This document shows, piece after piece, positions 13,870 to 27,601 of a stretch of 64,000 nt of DNA (the stretch's first letter is position 1; each line of letters begins with the position of its first letter). Origin of the DNA: Phyllobates terribilis. Lineage: Eukaryota. The notes beneath the pieces are model-generated. The model was given only the letters and a program-made list of their open reading frames with translations, ran no database searches and was not told the DNA's origin. The DNA is taken from contig NW_027362763.1 of NCBI RefSeq assembly GCF_046119375.1, positions 63,178,001 through 63,242,000 on the forward strand, written 5' to 3'. Made by a program: the position numbers and the translations under genes.

Positions 13870-14840
13870 AAATGCTTTTTTTAGGGCACTCTTAAAACTG
13901 TGGGTATTGGGAATTAATAGAATTGTCCTGGTTAGTGCATTCCAGAGAATTGGCGCAGCTCGCTAGAAGTCTTGGAGATGGGAGTGTGATGTTTTGATTA
14001 TTGAGGATGTTAGTCTTAAAGCAAACCTGTTAGTAGGTTTTTGCTAAGTAAACTACAGGCATTGTCATGTTTAGGCTGCTGCACTGATTAATATGATACC
14101 TGAGGTGAAGAAATCCATCTTGTGGTTCTTGTGTAATCAGTGTTTGCAGTTTTGAGTTAATGATATGCCCTTGCTCCGGGGCGGGACTGTAGGCAGGGTC
14201 TTATCTCAGTGCCCTAGGCCAGATCAGCAAGATAAGACCTGCCCACAGGCCACCCCAAAGCACAAGTATGTTCCTCATCATAGACACAGCCAGACAGAGA
14301 GACAGGGCGGGCTTGTGGGCAGGTCTGTTCTTTCTGATCTGGCCTAGATCACCCGGATAAGACCCTGCCTACAGTCCCGCTCCGGAGCACGGGCATATCA
14401 TTAACTCAAAACTGCAAACACTAATTACCACAAGACTGATTTCTTCACCTCAGGTATCATATTAATCAGTGCTGCAGCCTCAACATGACACTGCCTGTAG
14501 TTTACTTAGCAAAATCCTGCTGACAGGTTCGCTTTAAGTACTTAGCAGAACGGAGGGCAACGGTAGGGTGGTATACTGACACGAGGGAGGAGATGTAGGG
14601 TGGTGCAGAACCGTGGAGAGCTTTGTGGGTGAGAGTGATACGTTTTTATTGGACTCTGTAGCTTATGGGCAGCTAGTGCAATGACTGGACTGGCACATGG
14701 TAGAGGCATCGGTGTAGCAGTTGGAAAGGAATATGATCCTGATTGCTGCATTAAGGATGGATTGGAGAGGACAGAGTTTGGTAAGAGGGAGACCGATTAG
14801 TAGAGTTGCAATAGTCTGGATGAGAATGAATAAGAGCAGG
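13870..14840 (-). mobile_element. L2 LINE 3' fragment interrupted by a MITE
   Basis: Minus-strand translation resembles the L2 ORF2 end (ALIHS..DYCNS, LQSILNAA, HKALHGSAPPYISSLV, LQDF..AAPILWNAL). Confidence 0.8.
14020..14533. mobile_element. T2/Kolobok-type MITE with about 230-bp TIRs, TTAA TSD
   Basis: TTAA|AGCAAACCTGT ... ACAGGTTCGCT|TTAA, long inverted arms, no ORF. Confidence 0.88.
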
Positions 14841-14844
14841 AACT

Positions 14845-15655
14845 GCTATAAAGGTGGACCACAGGGAGCTAATGTGGATATGAAAGCTATCCTATAAACT
14901 TCCATAGACGTGAACTGTTAGAACCCTCCTGTTTGTTTTTTCCATCTTGTGTTTTGCGGTCACGTGACCATCTGCTTTTATATTCCAGCTTCGCCCTTTT
15001 GGCTGTGCTGAACTTCAGTGTTTGACTGTTTCTCTAGCCAGGTGCTTCGGTACCTTTCTCTGTCAGTTCGCTTGGTCCTTCTGGGACCTCTAGTACCTTT
15101 TTGTCAGTTTGTTTTTTTTTGTTCTGCAACAACTTCTCTGTTTAGGAGGTGTCCAATTTTTGTCCCAGTCCTTAGTTCTTTTAGGGACCCCTCGCCTTAT
15201 GCTATAGGTCTTCGTTCAGACTAGCCGAGGACTAAGGCGGGTCTGTTCGCTAGGAACAGGCAGCCCGCTACATCGTAGGGATTCAACTTAGTCTTACTGT
15301 AGGGACAGCTTTCCCCTATCTTTCCTTAGTACTTGTTGCAGATCATAACATGAACGGTAGAGAGCTGCTACTATCCACTGCACTTGTGATAGCCATCCTA
15401 TAAACTTTCATAAATTTGGACTTTAGGGAGCTACAGTGCATGGACACGCCTTCCTATAAAGTTCCATAGAGATGGATAATAGGGGGCTATTGTGCAAACC
15501 ACCCTTTTTACTTCCATAGAGGTGGACAGTAGGGAACTTCTGCACATGTACAAACGTCCATAGATTTGGAAGGCATGGAGCTACAACACATAGGCATGCA
15601 ATCATATGCAATTCCATAGAGATGGACAGTAGGGAGCAACGGCTCATGTTGAAAG
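14845..15655. repeat. Degenerate tandem repeat (TTCCATAGAGRTGGACAGTAGGGAGC core) split by the solo LTR
   Basis: The core recurs several times on both sides of 14916-15350. Confidence 0.6.
14916..15350. mobile_element. Solo LTR, 435 bp, 5-bp TSD TGAAC
   Basis: TGAAC|TGTTAGAACC ... ATCATAACA|TGAAC. Confidence 0.85.
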
Positions 15656-15955
15656 CCATTCTAGAATCTTCCATACCTAGAATATTGCTACATAAGTAAT
15701 TATAGAATATGACACCGTAATTATTGGCCAAAGGAGCTTTCAGACAATAGTTTTGCATATCTTATGACCATTTTAGATAGCTGGACATGGACTTTCAAAT
15801 CCCCTTGAGTTAAATGCCAAATTTTTGTCTGTCTGTAGCTGACACTAGCAGGAGCTCTCTGAAGACTGATTTGTATAATGTCAAAGAGATAGTCTCACAA
15901 AAGCAATCAGTACCGCGGGTGATCCCACCACTTAAACACCTATGAAGAAGTTTAA

Positions 15956-16065
15956 AGGGGTTCTCCACTACATTTTCATCGATGACCTCTGCTTAGGATA
16001 GGTCATCAATGTCTGATCGGTCGGGGTCCGACACCCCCGCCTATCAGCTTTTCCCGGAGACAGCG
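15956..16065. mobile_element. Truncated T2/Kolobok-type MITE end
   Basis: TTAA|AGGGGTTCTCCACTAC..., similar to the left end of 19934-20345. Confidence 0.6.
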
Positions 16066-17084
16066 GTGATGTAGATAACTGAGTGCTGTTGATTTCTATG
16101 TCCCATAGTGGCAACTGTAGACAGAATGTTCTGAATATATAAATATATAGGGTTAATCTTAACAGAATTTGAACCTTTTTGGATAAAGTAATGCGTTCTT
16201 CTTGTATTACTTTTTACCAGTTGACATGTCTGTTTCACTGCAGTGATTAGGAGCTACCACCCAACTACCTCCACATTTGCTGTGGAGTAACGTCCTACAC
16301 ACTTAGTAATAATAATAAAGTTATAGAAGTGATGAATGTTTCCTATGGCAATACCAGGTTTATGAACTCTACGAAACAAAAAGCCAAATGCTACATAAGT
16401 TGGAAGCAAATATCGAAATTTGGCGATTAAACTTTGTCCAGGATAGACGGCATCACATGGGACCGTTCAGGATAATTACTTCTGCAAAATAAACCGCATT
16501 GAAACCACGTCAAATGATGTTTTAATGACTGACTGCTGTCTTGTAGCTCAGCCTACAGTTGCTGTACTTTAAACAGAGCACAACTATTCTCTTTTCTCTT
16601 GTCAGTAACCTGTGTCAGGGTTTAGAGAGTTACTTGTTTGGGTTTTCTTATGAGACCATTGCTAATTTTTAGGACACCTACTGGTACTCTAAACAGAGGT
16701 GCTACATCATTTTTGGTGCCTGCACCCCTGTACATGCACAAGGGCGCTCCCAGCCACTCAATATTCAGGGAACTGCAGCTGGACCCATTCACTTGAACAG
16801 AGTCATGCTGCAGTTTCCTGCACAGCGTGAAGAAGATACATTATATCACTATACCAGTGATGCAACCCCTTCATTCGCAGGATTGGTGTGGGCATTGGAA
16901 GAAAGTCCCCTAAAAGTTATAAAATGAGAACATATCTTTACTTGATGGGAATAAAACTTTAAAAAAGCAAACAAAAAAAACAGAAAAGTCATGTCCTGCT
17001 GCCGTCATCCCTTACATTCTGCCTATTTGTTATGCTTGTATACAATGTGACAGACAGGAGAGCAAGAGCAGAAGCAAAGACCTA

Positions 17085-18232
17085 CCCCTACTTCCTGTAG
17101 AGAGAAAAAGACCCACATCTATTTACCACAGAGGGACAAAGACCCGATCCCACTTTCCATAGAGGGGCAAAGACCCGACTCCAATATGTTTAAAAAGACA
17201 AAGACCAGACCCCCACTTCCTATAGCAGGACAAAGAACTGACCCCACTTCCTGCATAGGGACAAAGACCTGAACCCACTTCCCATAGAGAGACAAAGACC
17301 TGACTCCACTACCTGTAGACGAACAAAGCCCAACCTCACTTCCCTTAGAAGGACAAAGACACGCCTACGCTTCCCGTAGAAGTACAAAGACACGCCTGCA
17401 CTTCCCGTAGAAGGATAAAGACAAGCACTTCCAATAGAAGGACAAAGAGACACCTGCACTTCACATAGAACGGTAAAGACATGCCTGCACTTCCCTAAGA
17501 AGTATAAAGACATGCCCGCACTTCTCATAGAAGGATAAAGACACACCTGCAGTTCTCCTAAAAGGATAAAGGCATGCCTGCACTTCCCGTAGAAGGATAA
17601 AGACACACCTGAGGTTCTCCTAGAAAGATAAAGGCACGCCCGCACTTCCCGTAGAAGCATGAAGACACACTTGCAGTTTTCCTAGAAGAATAAAGACACG
17701 TGCGCACTTCCAGTAGAAGGATAAACACACGCCTGAATTTCCCATAGAAGGACAAAGACACACCCACACTTCCCGTAGAAAGATAAATACACACCTGCAG
17801 TTCTCCTAGAAGGACAAAGACACGCCCGCACTTTCCATAGAAGGACAAAGACATGCCCGCACTTCCCGTAGAAGGACAAAGACATGCCCGCACTTCCAGT
17901 AAAAGGACAAAGACACGCCTGAACTTCCCGTAAAAGGATAGACATGCAGGCACTTCCCGTAGAAGGATAAAGACACTCCCACACTTCCCATAGAAGGATT
18001 ATGACACGCCCGCACTTCCCGAAGAAGGACAAATACATGTCCGCACTTCCCGTAAAAGGACAAAGACACTCCTGAACTTCCCATATAAGGATAAAGACAT
18101 GCACGAACTTCCCGTAGAAGGATAAAGACACACCTGCAGTTCTCCTAAAAGGAAAAAGACACGCCCGCACTTCCCATTGAAGGACAAAGACACGCCCGCA
18201 CTTCCCATAGAAGGATAAAGACACGCCCACAC
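17085..18232. repeat. 31-bp minisatellite (CACTTCCCGTAGAAGGAYAAAGACACRCCYG) with variant units
   Basis: Tandem units directly visible. The repetitive FYGKC/LLREV ORFs on the minus strand are by-products. Confidence 0.95.
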
Positions 18233-19933
18233 TCACTGTGGAAGATCAAAAACCTTACCCCCTTACACACACTTCCTATAGTCCTCCTCGGTATCTCTAC
18301 TGTTAGAGTGGAATTGCACGTTATTACAGGCAGTGGCAATGATGTTAGATAAAAGGGAAACATCATCTCTGACACTTTGGAGTGATTTCTCTGGGGTAAG
18401 ACTTTAATTTATAAATAAAGTGGTTTGTAGATTATTTGTCTATAACATTATCTATCAAATTAATTCAAGTTGTATGAAAGTTCATAAACCATTTTAATGG
18501 TAAACATTATTTATTCTGTTTCTTAAAAGTTCTCAGACTTCAATAATCTGGGACTGATTTTTTTTTCCTTTTCTTTTTTATAGAATATAGAATTTCCCAG
18601 CGAGGAAAGAGAAGGCTGAGTCTTGATAGCCAATTAAAAAATGATTCAAATGCTGTCATATTGATTATGGTCCCTATCTGCATCATTGACTTACTGTATA
18701 TTCCAACTTGCTCTGGAGTTTGGGATTGTCTGTTGCATTACACCAGAGGCATTAGTGCTCCAGAACGTGCGTCCGTGCCCAATACTGCAGATCTTCATAC
18801 CAATATCCTCTTAAATGGGGCCAATCTGCAGATCCTCTTCATGCTGTTTTGTATTATATCATATAGTGGCATACATTTCAATGCGTACACTAATGGTGGT
18901 GCCATATTCTCCACAGCATGTTCTACTTTTTTCCATAGTCTTTCTTCTGTACCAATTCTGGACACCTCGGTAAACCTACATACCGGAGAACAGACCTCTT
19001 CTTGTATTGCACTTTTTCTAACCTCTCCAGTAAGACTACTTTTTTTCTGGCAAATGTAAGGCTGTACAAACAGCTTTGAAATGCCCCGATCCAAATTAGT
19101 CTTGGCCAATGGCCAGAAAAGCTGGGAGCTGGCAAATTTAAATCATTTTCAACTCCTAACTATTTTTTTTTCTCGGTTTTATGTCATCACGTGTGAGTTA
19201 AAACTTGGGCGAAGGTCTCGAAGTTGACTTTTTAACCTCTTTTTACCTGATGGATTCAGAACTTTTCTTTCCATGGTTGCAGTAAAACCTATACAATGAA
19301 CAATTACTGTAATTAGGGGCAACTTGCCCACGTGTATTAGGAATTTAAGTTCATAGGTGAGACGTGAATGATTCTGTCCATAAGGTACTTCCTCCACTTC
19401 TACAATTTCAGAATCGATCAGTCCTTTGTTTCATCGGTTGCAGAATTTGTAACTTTTAGTCATTTGTAGGAGTTGAATTCTAGAGATTCACAACATTATG
19501 GGAAGGCCTGGTAAAATCCAAAAACTGAGACACAAACCAAATCCTACAATGAAACCAAGGCACTCAGAAGCAAGAGCCAAAGAAAGAATGTGACCTCATA
19601 TCAAGGCAATTTGGTGAAGCATGAGTCACTTTTAAATAGGCCTCCAAGATTGAAGTCTTGAGGAACATTGATAGCAATGGTCACTTGGCAGTCGGAAGAG
19701 ACAGACCACGTTGAGCAGAATGCATTGATGGAGTAGCGTAAGGTTAGTTTGGGGCAGGGGTCACTAGTATGGACAGTTGGAAAAGGTTTCAATTGTGAAG
19801 CACTTGATCAACATAATTTAAGACTAGACGTCTTGACTCTTTCTCTGTCTTTCGCTAGCTTTGGGGGTATTATATTTGGAAACTGACTTATTGTGTAGCA
19901 TGTGTTTAATGCATTTTTGAATTTCTAATTTAA

Positions 19934-20345
19934 AGGGGTTGTCCACTACTTTCACATTGATGAACTATCCGTTGAATAGGGCATCAATGTATGATTGGCC
20001 GGGGTCCTGCAGGCGCCACCCCGCCGATCAGCTGTTATCGGTGCCGGCGGTGGCCACCAGCAGGAAGTCCTTACCTGCGATGCTTGGCCGTCAAGTTGTA
20101 GAGGCCGGTATGGGGTACTGCACATCCGCCTCCCATTCAATTGAATAGGAGGCGGATGTGCGGTAACAAGCGCCGGCCACTACAACTTGACAGCCAAGCA
20201 CCGCAGGTAAGCACTTCCGGCTGCCCACCGCCGGCACTGATAACAGCCGATTGGTGCGGGTGCCGCGTGCGGAACCCCAGCCAATCATACATTGATGCCC
20301 TATCCTACAGATAGGGCATCAGTGTGAAAGTAGTGGACAACTCCT
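19934..20345. mobile_element. T2/Kolobok-type MITE, near-complete 412-bp palindrome, TTAA TSD
   Basis: TTAA|AGGGGTTGTCCACTACTTTCAC ... GTGAAAGTAGTGGACAACTCCT|TTAA. Confidence 0.92.
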
Positions 20346-21277
20346 TTAAGTATACTGCCATTTCCAAATTCACAGAAAGGAATTTATAAACAGTGGCAAG
20401 TGTGAGCTAGAGCTGTCTAATCATCATCAGTAACTGTGATAGGAGTTTGTTTCCCTGCAGTGAGCATTTGTGCAGAGGTCCATGCAGTTTTTTTATCATA
20501 CAGAGGATGTTCTAATGATAATTAGATCCTCTTAGGCTTGCGCTAATAATAAAGAAAAACCTCTGAAACTTGATTATGCTGATTGCTCTGTATAGGCTTT
20601 AGTATGATGTTTAGTGATCAAAGCAGCAAAAAAAAGAGAAAAGAAAAGGTGACAGACTGATACATTGTATTTCAAAATTAAACAGTTTTTGTGGAGTATC
20701 CTTTAAAGTCAATAATTTGATTTTGCTTGCATTGCTTGGTAGCGTCACCTTCTTATCCTTCTGTTGATCCATTTTACTGCCTTGTCACACAGATTACTGA
20801 TTAATTTAATCACAAACAGACTGGCATTTCACTGCCTCAAACAAGATCAGCTCATTTCTTCCCTGCTTCTATCATGATCTGATTCACTATTGGGTATTTT
20901 ATCGTGCCAAATGCAGTCCAGTTTAGTTTAATATAATTTCATGAGTGGCAGGGGCACTGCCACCCACAGGATCAGCATACGTATTACTTGAAAGATTCTC
21001 TACTAAAATAATAATTTTGTGTGGTTATTTTGTCTCCATTCTCTACATTTTCTCCACCATTCCTTGACATATGCAGGCCATTCTTAACCTATATATTCAG
21101 AGGTCACTGTCTGCCACAAGATCAGCGCACACTTCTGCTGCTGTTATAGTTTCTATGAATTTATTAACTAGTTGCTGTCCTCTCCATAGACAGAATAAAG
21201 ATACCATACTTACCAATACCTGGGTAATATACCAATATACTTCAGAACGGAGAAGTGTTTGGATTTTCAGTGATTTA

Positions 21278-22872
21278 CAGTGGGGGAAATAAGTATTTGA
21301 TCCTTTGATGTTTTTGTAAGTTTGCCCACTGACAAAGACATGAACAGTCTATAATTTTAAGGGTAGGTTAATTTTAACATTGAGAGATAGAATATCAAAA
21401 AAAAAAATCAAGAAAATCACATTGTATAAATTAGATAAATTTATTTGCATTTTGCAGTGAGAAATAAGTATTTGATCCCCTACAAACCATTAGGAGTTCT
21501 GGCTCCTACAGACCAGTTAGACACTCCTAATCAACTCGTTACCTGCATTAAAGACATCTGTCTTACATAGTCATCTGTATAAAAGACTCCTGTCCGCAGA
21601 CTCAATTAATCAGTCAGACTCTAACCTTTACAACATGGGCAAGACCAAAGAGCTTTCTAAGGATGTCAGGAACAAGATCATAGACCTGCACAAAGCTGGA
21701 ATGGGCTACAAAGCCATAAGTAAGACGCTGGGTGAGAAGGAGCCAACTGTTGGTACAATAGTAAAAAAATGGAAGAAATACAAAATGACTGTCAATTGAC
21801 ATCGATATGGGGCACCATGCAAAATCTCACCTCGTGTGGTATCCTTGATCATGAGGAAGCTGAGAGATCAGCCTAAAACTCCACGGGAGGAACTTGTTAA
21901 CGATCTCAAGGCAGCTGGGACCACAGTCACCGAGAAAACCATTGGTAACACATTACGCCTTAAAGGTTTAAAATCCTGCAGTGCCCGCAAGGTCCCCCTG
22001 CTCAAGAAGACACATGTGCAGGCCCGTCTGAAGTTTGCCAATGAACACCTGGATGATTCTGTGAGTTATTGGGAGAAGTTGCTGTGGTCAGATGAGACAA
22101 AAATTGAGCTCTTTGGCATTAACTCAACTCGCCATATTTGGAGAAAGAAGAAGGATGAGTATAACCCTAAGAACATCGTCCCAACCGTGAAGCATGGTGG
22201 GGGAAACATTATACTTTAGGGGTGCTTTTCTGCAAAGGGGACATGACGACTGTACCTTACTGAAGGGAAGATGGATGGGGTCATGTATCGCGAGATTTTG
22301 GCCAACAACCTCCTTCCCTCAGTAAGAGCACGGACGATGGGTCTTGGCTGGGTCTTCCAGCGAGACAATGACCCAAAACATACAGCCAAGGCAACAAAGG
22401 AGTGGCTCAAAAAGAAGCACAGTAAGGTCATGGAGTGGCCTAGCCAGTCTCCAGACCTTAATCCCATAGAAAACTTATGGAGGGAGTTGAAGCTCCGAGT
22501 TGCCAAATGACAGCCTCAAAATTTTAATGATTTAGCGATGATCTGCAAAGAGGAGTGGACCAAAATTCCTCCTGACATGTGCACAACCCTCATCATCAAC
22601 TACAAAAAATGTCTGACTACTGTGCTTGCCAACAAAGGTTTTGCCACCAAGTATTAAGTGTTGTTTGCCAGAGGAATCAAATACTTATTTCTCACTGCAA
22701 AATGCTAATAAATGTATCTAATTTGTACAATGTGATTTTCTTGATTTTTTTTTAATATTCTATCTCTCAATGTTAAAATTAACCTACTCTTAAAATTATA
22801 GACTATTCATGTCTTTGTCAGTGGGTAAACTTACAAAATCAGCAAGGGATCAAATACTTATTTACCCCACTG
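21278..22872 (+). mobile_element. Full-length Tc1 transposon with IR/DR-type long TIRs, TA TSD
   Basis: TA|CAGTGGGGGAAATAAGTATTTGATC ... TACTTATTTACCCCACTG|TA. The AAATAAGTATTTGATCC motif is repeated at the inner end of the TIR (about 21462). Confidence 0.95.
21635..22657 (+). pseudogene. Tc1 DD34E transposase, single frame with several premature stops
   Basis: [16 protein letters not shown]..., [33 protein letters not shown] pieces 21836-22219 and 22271-22510 are in the same frame as the ATG at 21635. Confidence 0.93.
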
Positions 22873-23542
22873 TATTTTTAATTTTAATGTAGTAGAGACT
22901 CACAAGACAATGAGGACCTTTGACGAGAATTGCAAATGTGCAAATTTTGGACAAAATATCTCAAATACTTCTCATCTTTGCAGGATGAAGCCATGACCTG
23001 TAGTATTAGTGGGGGGAAAAATAGGATGTTGGTACTTTGTAGGGTGGGTGTATACAAGCAGAAAACAAGAGAAATGCGACTCTCAATATTAACAATGGTT
23101 AGATTTCAACAATTTTCAATGACATACTTGACCACATCCATTAATAACAGTGAAACACCACAACAGTATGTCGGGAAAAAAGAACTGTGCCACCCAACTG
23201 ATGCCTCTGGCTTCTGGGATGTCCCGGGTTCCCAGTGGTACTCCAGTCCTCCCTGTTAATATATAGCATCCAGATATGTGTCCTATAATTACCCGTAAGG
23301 ACTAATATGGTCCTGAGGTTTCCAATAGCTTCCCTCTTAAGAGCCAGTCCACAGCTATCCCTACAAGTACATGACCCTATACTCTTCCTTACGTGCCTCC
23401 AAACGTGTTTCCTTCACTTAGATCCTTAAGGTGAATCACTTTGTGGGGTGCACTTAAATAATTCTGGCAGCCTGATGATCTAATAGTATGGGATTGAGCA
23501 GTAGGCTGTAAGCAGTATGGTGCACTACATACAGTATATCTG

Positions 23543-24062
23543 TGTGACTGGCACCTTATACAAGCCAGTTCTGCCGTCCAATCTAGGAATGGGGCGTTCT
23601 GAGCTGTCATTATGGTGATGGACACATCAGCCATCCAGTTGGATACTGGAGCGTGCTGAGCTGTCAGTGTTTTGAGTGACAGTTTAGCCATCCAATGAGG
23701 ACCAGGGTGTGCCGGGGCTTCATCCATGTATCTCATGTTCAGAGTAATTACCTGGCTATTTAGCCAGCTCTCTGCCTTAGATTGCTGTCAATTGTAGCTT
23801 TGCTCAAGAGGTGTGCGTTTGCTCTATGCTTCTAGTCTTGTATTTTGATCTTTTCTGCTCGACCTTGGATTTGTCTTGACCATTCGTTTGCCTAGGCCTT
23901 TTGTCGTGATCCCCTACCTTCCTGCAATTCTAACCCCGGACTGTTTCCAGACTGCGCCTTTGCCTCACCCCTCTGTCTATGATGTACTCTCTTGCCTTTT
24001 GACTACCAACCTCTTGACTACCCAGCCTCACAGCTTATTCGTGAGTACTGACCAGCGTCACA
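23543..24062. mobile_element. Possible solo LTR-like element
   Basis: TGTGAC...GTCACA ends and a pyrimidine-rich 3' half like the other solo LTRs. No TSD found. Confidence 0.35.
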
Positions 24063-25787
24063 TATGCCCTTTTTAGTAAATCGTTCTATCCCTACCCACT
24101 TTATAACCCTGTCCCTGCCAAATGCCCCCCAATCTTCCACAGAAGTTGACAGGTCACTGCCTCCCACGAAATTGACACACTTGTCTCCTACTGCTGAGGA
24201 TCCTGCCCCTTTCAAACCTTCATCTGTGAATTAAACCATTGATACATTATGACTTTTTTCCGATCCTCAATGACATCAATCATAAGAGTGGACAGGTCAC
24301 TGCCTCCCAACAAGGTCAGCACACTCTTCTCCTGCTGCTGTCATCTTTTTCATTGTGTGGTTTCACATCTTTCGCAAACAGAAATAATGGGACAACAGAA
24401 AGTGCGCTTTAAGGACAGCTGAATTTATTTTACGGCAGACACAAAACCTTTACATCGGATTATATAAAAGCGCATTTATAATAAACACCGCTTCGTTCAG
24501 AACGATCTTCCGCAAAACAGTAGCCGATTTGTCTTAAAAGCTTCATTTACCAGACTGCCATTTACCAGACTTTCTTGTCCCGCAGCTACCCCTAAACTAT
24601 TTCACTGGATGTGTGCCCCATACCAAAAATCAAATATCCTGATATAATCAGATAAAAGGAGAGATGGGAACTGATGGAAAAATAGCAGGAAAAGAAAAAG
24701 AAAATATGAATAATGAAATGTCAAACCACAGTTTCTCCGGTTCCATAAATACACAAGGGAATTACGCTGCGTCTATTTAAAACCTTTTACTTTTCTATTC
24801 GGTCCCGATTTTATAACATTCATAAAAACCATGTCTAATGAGACTAAGTATCCTAAGAGGGAACATCTATATTGCGCGTAATGGTTTACATGTGTGAGTC
24901 CCTCCTGGCAGCAGCACTGTAATTAGTCTGTCGTCTCCCGGAGAAGAGTCGATCTGTCTTAAGGATGCATGAGAAAGTCTTGGCTGCTATCATCCACGTC
25001 CCGGCTTCGATATTCATCCTAGATAAACATCTTCTCTTTTCACTTCTTCATCATCTTCTCTTTTGACTTATTGGCTCAGCTCTGGCTTTTCGAAACCTAA
25101 GAAGACAGAGAGGAGAACAAACTATTTTCTTCCGCCCTTGTTCAGCAAAACAAGAAGAAAGGACTTGGCTTGTTGACATCAATAACTTCTGCTTTGACTT
25201 CAGCTTGGAACATTGTGTATAAAAAGACAAAATGAGTACAAGAACTTCCTGTTTTACTCCTTAAGAAGCTCACATACGCTACATATATGGCCCCGGACAT
25301 GATCTCCTTCGGGACGGACCACATTGCACAGTTGGAAAGCCAAGGACGTAGAATATTATTTCCCTTCACAAATTTTATTGGAGCTATTAAAAGACAATCA
25401 CATGGTGTGGCCGCGGCAGACAGCGTTATGTGTTTAAGAGTTTGTGGTCTCGAGACTTGCGAGCGAAGTAGAGGTTGTGTTGGATGCTTCGTGCCTTCGA
25501 GCAGCATTGTGTTTACTTTATCAGAAGAATACCGTCACAGGAGAAGGCTAGAGCCAGAAATAATACCGCTCGGCTCAGGCTAACATTGTTCTGTTCCCGA
25601 CACCTAAATCTGATCCCCAGAATATTATTTATTTGTGGGAAATGGACATGGACCGTCTTAGAAGATCAAAGGTTACAAAACGTTTAGTCATACGGGAAGG
25701 CGAGAAAACACATTAACACATCGAAGGTTAGAAGGCGGACAAAGTAAACTGTGGTGCACAAGTCAATAGCTTCTATATATTTGCAGC

Positions 25788-25790
<3 letters not shown>

Positions 25791-25828
<38 letters not shown>

Positions 25829-25830
25829 TA
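25791..25830. repeat. (TA)n microsatellite abutting a Tc1 end
   Basis: Directly visible. Confidence 0.95.
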
Positions 25831-25832
25831 CA

Positions 25833-27296
25833 CAGCACAGACCAAAAGTTTGGACACACCTTCTCATTTAAAGATTTTTCTGAAAATATGTCTTATATTC
25901 TAGGTTCTTCAAAGTAGCCACCTTTTGCTTTGATGACTGCTTTGCACAATCTTGGCATTCTTTTGATGAGTTTCAAGAGGTAGTCACCGGAAATGGTCTT
26001 TCAACAATCTTGAAGGAGTTCCCAGAGATGCTTAGCACTTGTTGGCCCTTTTGCCTTCACTCTGCGGTCCAGCTCACCCCAAACCATCTCGATTGGGTTC
26101 AGGTCTGGTGACTGTGGAGGCCAGGTCATCTGGCGTAGCACCCCATCACTCTCCTTCTTGGTTAAATAGCCCTTACACAGCCTGGAGGTGTGTTTGGGGT
26201 CATTGTCCTGTTGAAAAATAAATGATGGTCCAACTAAACGCAAACCGGATGGAATAGCATGCCGCTGCAAGATGCTGTGGTAGCCATGCTGGTTCAGTAT
26301 GCCTTCAATTTTGAATAAATCCCCAACAGTGTCACCAGCAAAGCACCCCCACACCATCACACCTCCTCCTCCATGCTTCACGGTGGGAACCAGGCATGTA
26401 GAGTCCATCCGTTCACCTTTTCTGCGTTGCACAAAGACATGGTGGTTGGAACCAAAGATCTCAAATTTAGACTCATCAGACCAAAGCACAGATTTCCACT
26501 GGTCTAATGTCAATTCCTTGTGTTCTTTAACCCAAACAAGTCTCTTCTGCTTGTTGCCTGTCCTTAGCAGTGGTTTCCTAGCAGCTATTTTACCATGAAG
26601 GCCTGCTGCACAAAGTCTCCTCTTAACAGTTGTTGAAGAGATGTGTCTGCTGCTAGAACTCTGTGTGGCATTGACCTGGTCTCTAATCTGAGCTGCTGTT
26701 AACCTGCGATTTCTGAGGCTGGTGACTCGGATAAACTTATCCTCAGAAGCAGAGGTGACTCTTGGTCTTCCTTTCATAGGGCGGTCCTCAAGTGAGCCAG
26801 TTTTTCCGACTGACTGACCTTCATTTCTTAAAGTAATGATGGCCACTCGTTTTTCTTTACTTAGCTGCTTTTTTCTTGCCATAATACAAATTCTAACAGT
26901 CTATTCAGTAGGACTATCAGCTGTGTATCCACCTGACTTCTGCACAACACAACTGATGGTCCCAACCCCATTTATAAGACAAGAAATCTCACTTATTAAA
27001 CCTGACAGGGCACACCTGTGAAGTGAAAACCATTTCCGGTGACTACCTCTTGAAGCTCATCAAGAGAATGCTAAGAGTGTGCAAAGCAGTCATCAAAGCA
27101 AAAGGTGGCTACTTTGAAGAACCTAGAATATAAGACATATTTTCAGTTGTTTCACACTTTTTTGTTAAGTATATAATTCCACATGTGTTAATGCATAGTT
27201 TTGATGCCTTCAGTGTGAATGTACAATTTTCATAGTCATGAAAATACAGAAAAATCTTTAAATGAGAAGGTGTGTCCAAACTTTTGGTCTGTACTG
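25833..27296 (-). mobile_element. Tc1 family A copy (CAGTACAGACCAAAAGTTTGGACAC TIR)
   Basis: TIRs at both ends and transposase ORF 26001-26882. Confidence 0.95.
25894..26882 (-). pseudogene. Tc1 transposase with an N-terminal in-frame deletion and a late lesion
   Basis: MARKKQLSKEKR..., [31 protein letters not shown]. The segment RKIGQTLKVSPSSVAKTIKRYKE seen in the copy at 46790 is missing here. Confidence 0.92.
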
Positions 27297-27368
27297 GATA
27301 TGTTTATATTTAGTCCCAAATGACTAAGCTTAGATGGACTTGTCAGAGCTGTAGGAAGGGCAACAGGG

Positions 27369-27601
27369 ATAATTCTCAATGATCAAAATGGGGATGTTCT
27401 CCAGCGCCAAAAAAAAGTAGTTTTCAACTTTGCCTTTCATAATATAAGGTAAAAAAAATTGGCAGAATGTGCACAAAGCAAAAAAAAAACTTAGTAGAAA
27501 AACCCCTAAACCCTTTTTTATCCTATATCATTAAAGGCTAAGTTTTTAACTACTCTCCTTTTGTGCTGGAGAACATCATCTTTTGGACCATTGAGAGCTA
27601 T
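27369..27601. mobile_element. Small inverted-repeat element (MITE-like)
   Basis: Imperfect arms of about 45 bp: ATAATTCTCAATGATCAAAAT..GATGTTCTCCAGC / GCTGGAGAACATC..TTTTGGACCATTGAGAGCTAT. Confidence 0.55.

Noticed and set aside
17220-18375. Long minus-strand ORFs with repeated FYGKC motifs, superficially zinc-finger-like
   Set aside because: They are translations of a 31-bp minisatellite; the unit is not a multiple of three and C2H2 spacing is absent.
18584-19135. Acceptor at 18583 leading into ORF 18661-19059
   Set aside because: No convincing donor or recognisable domain; the distal part looks like degraded MITE sequence.
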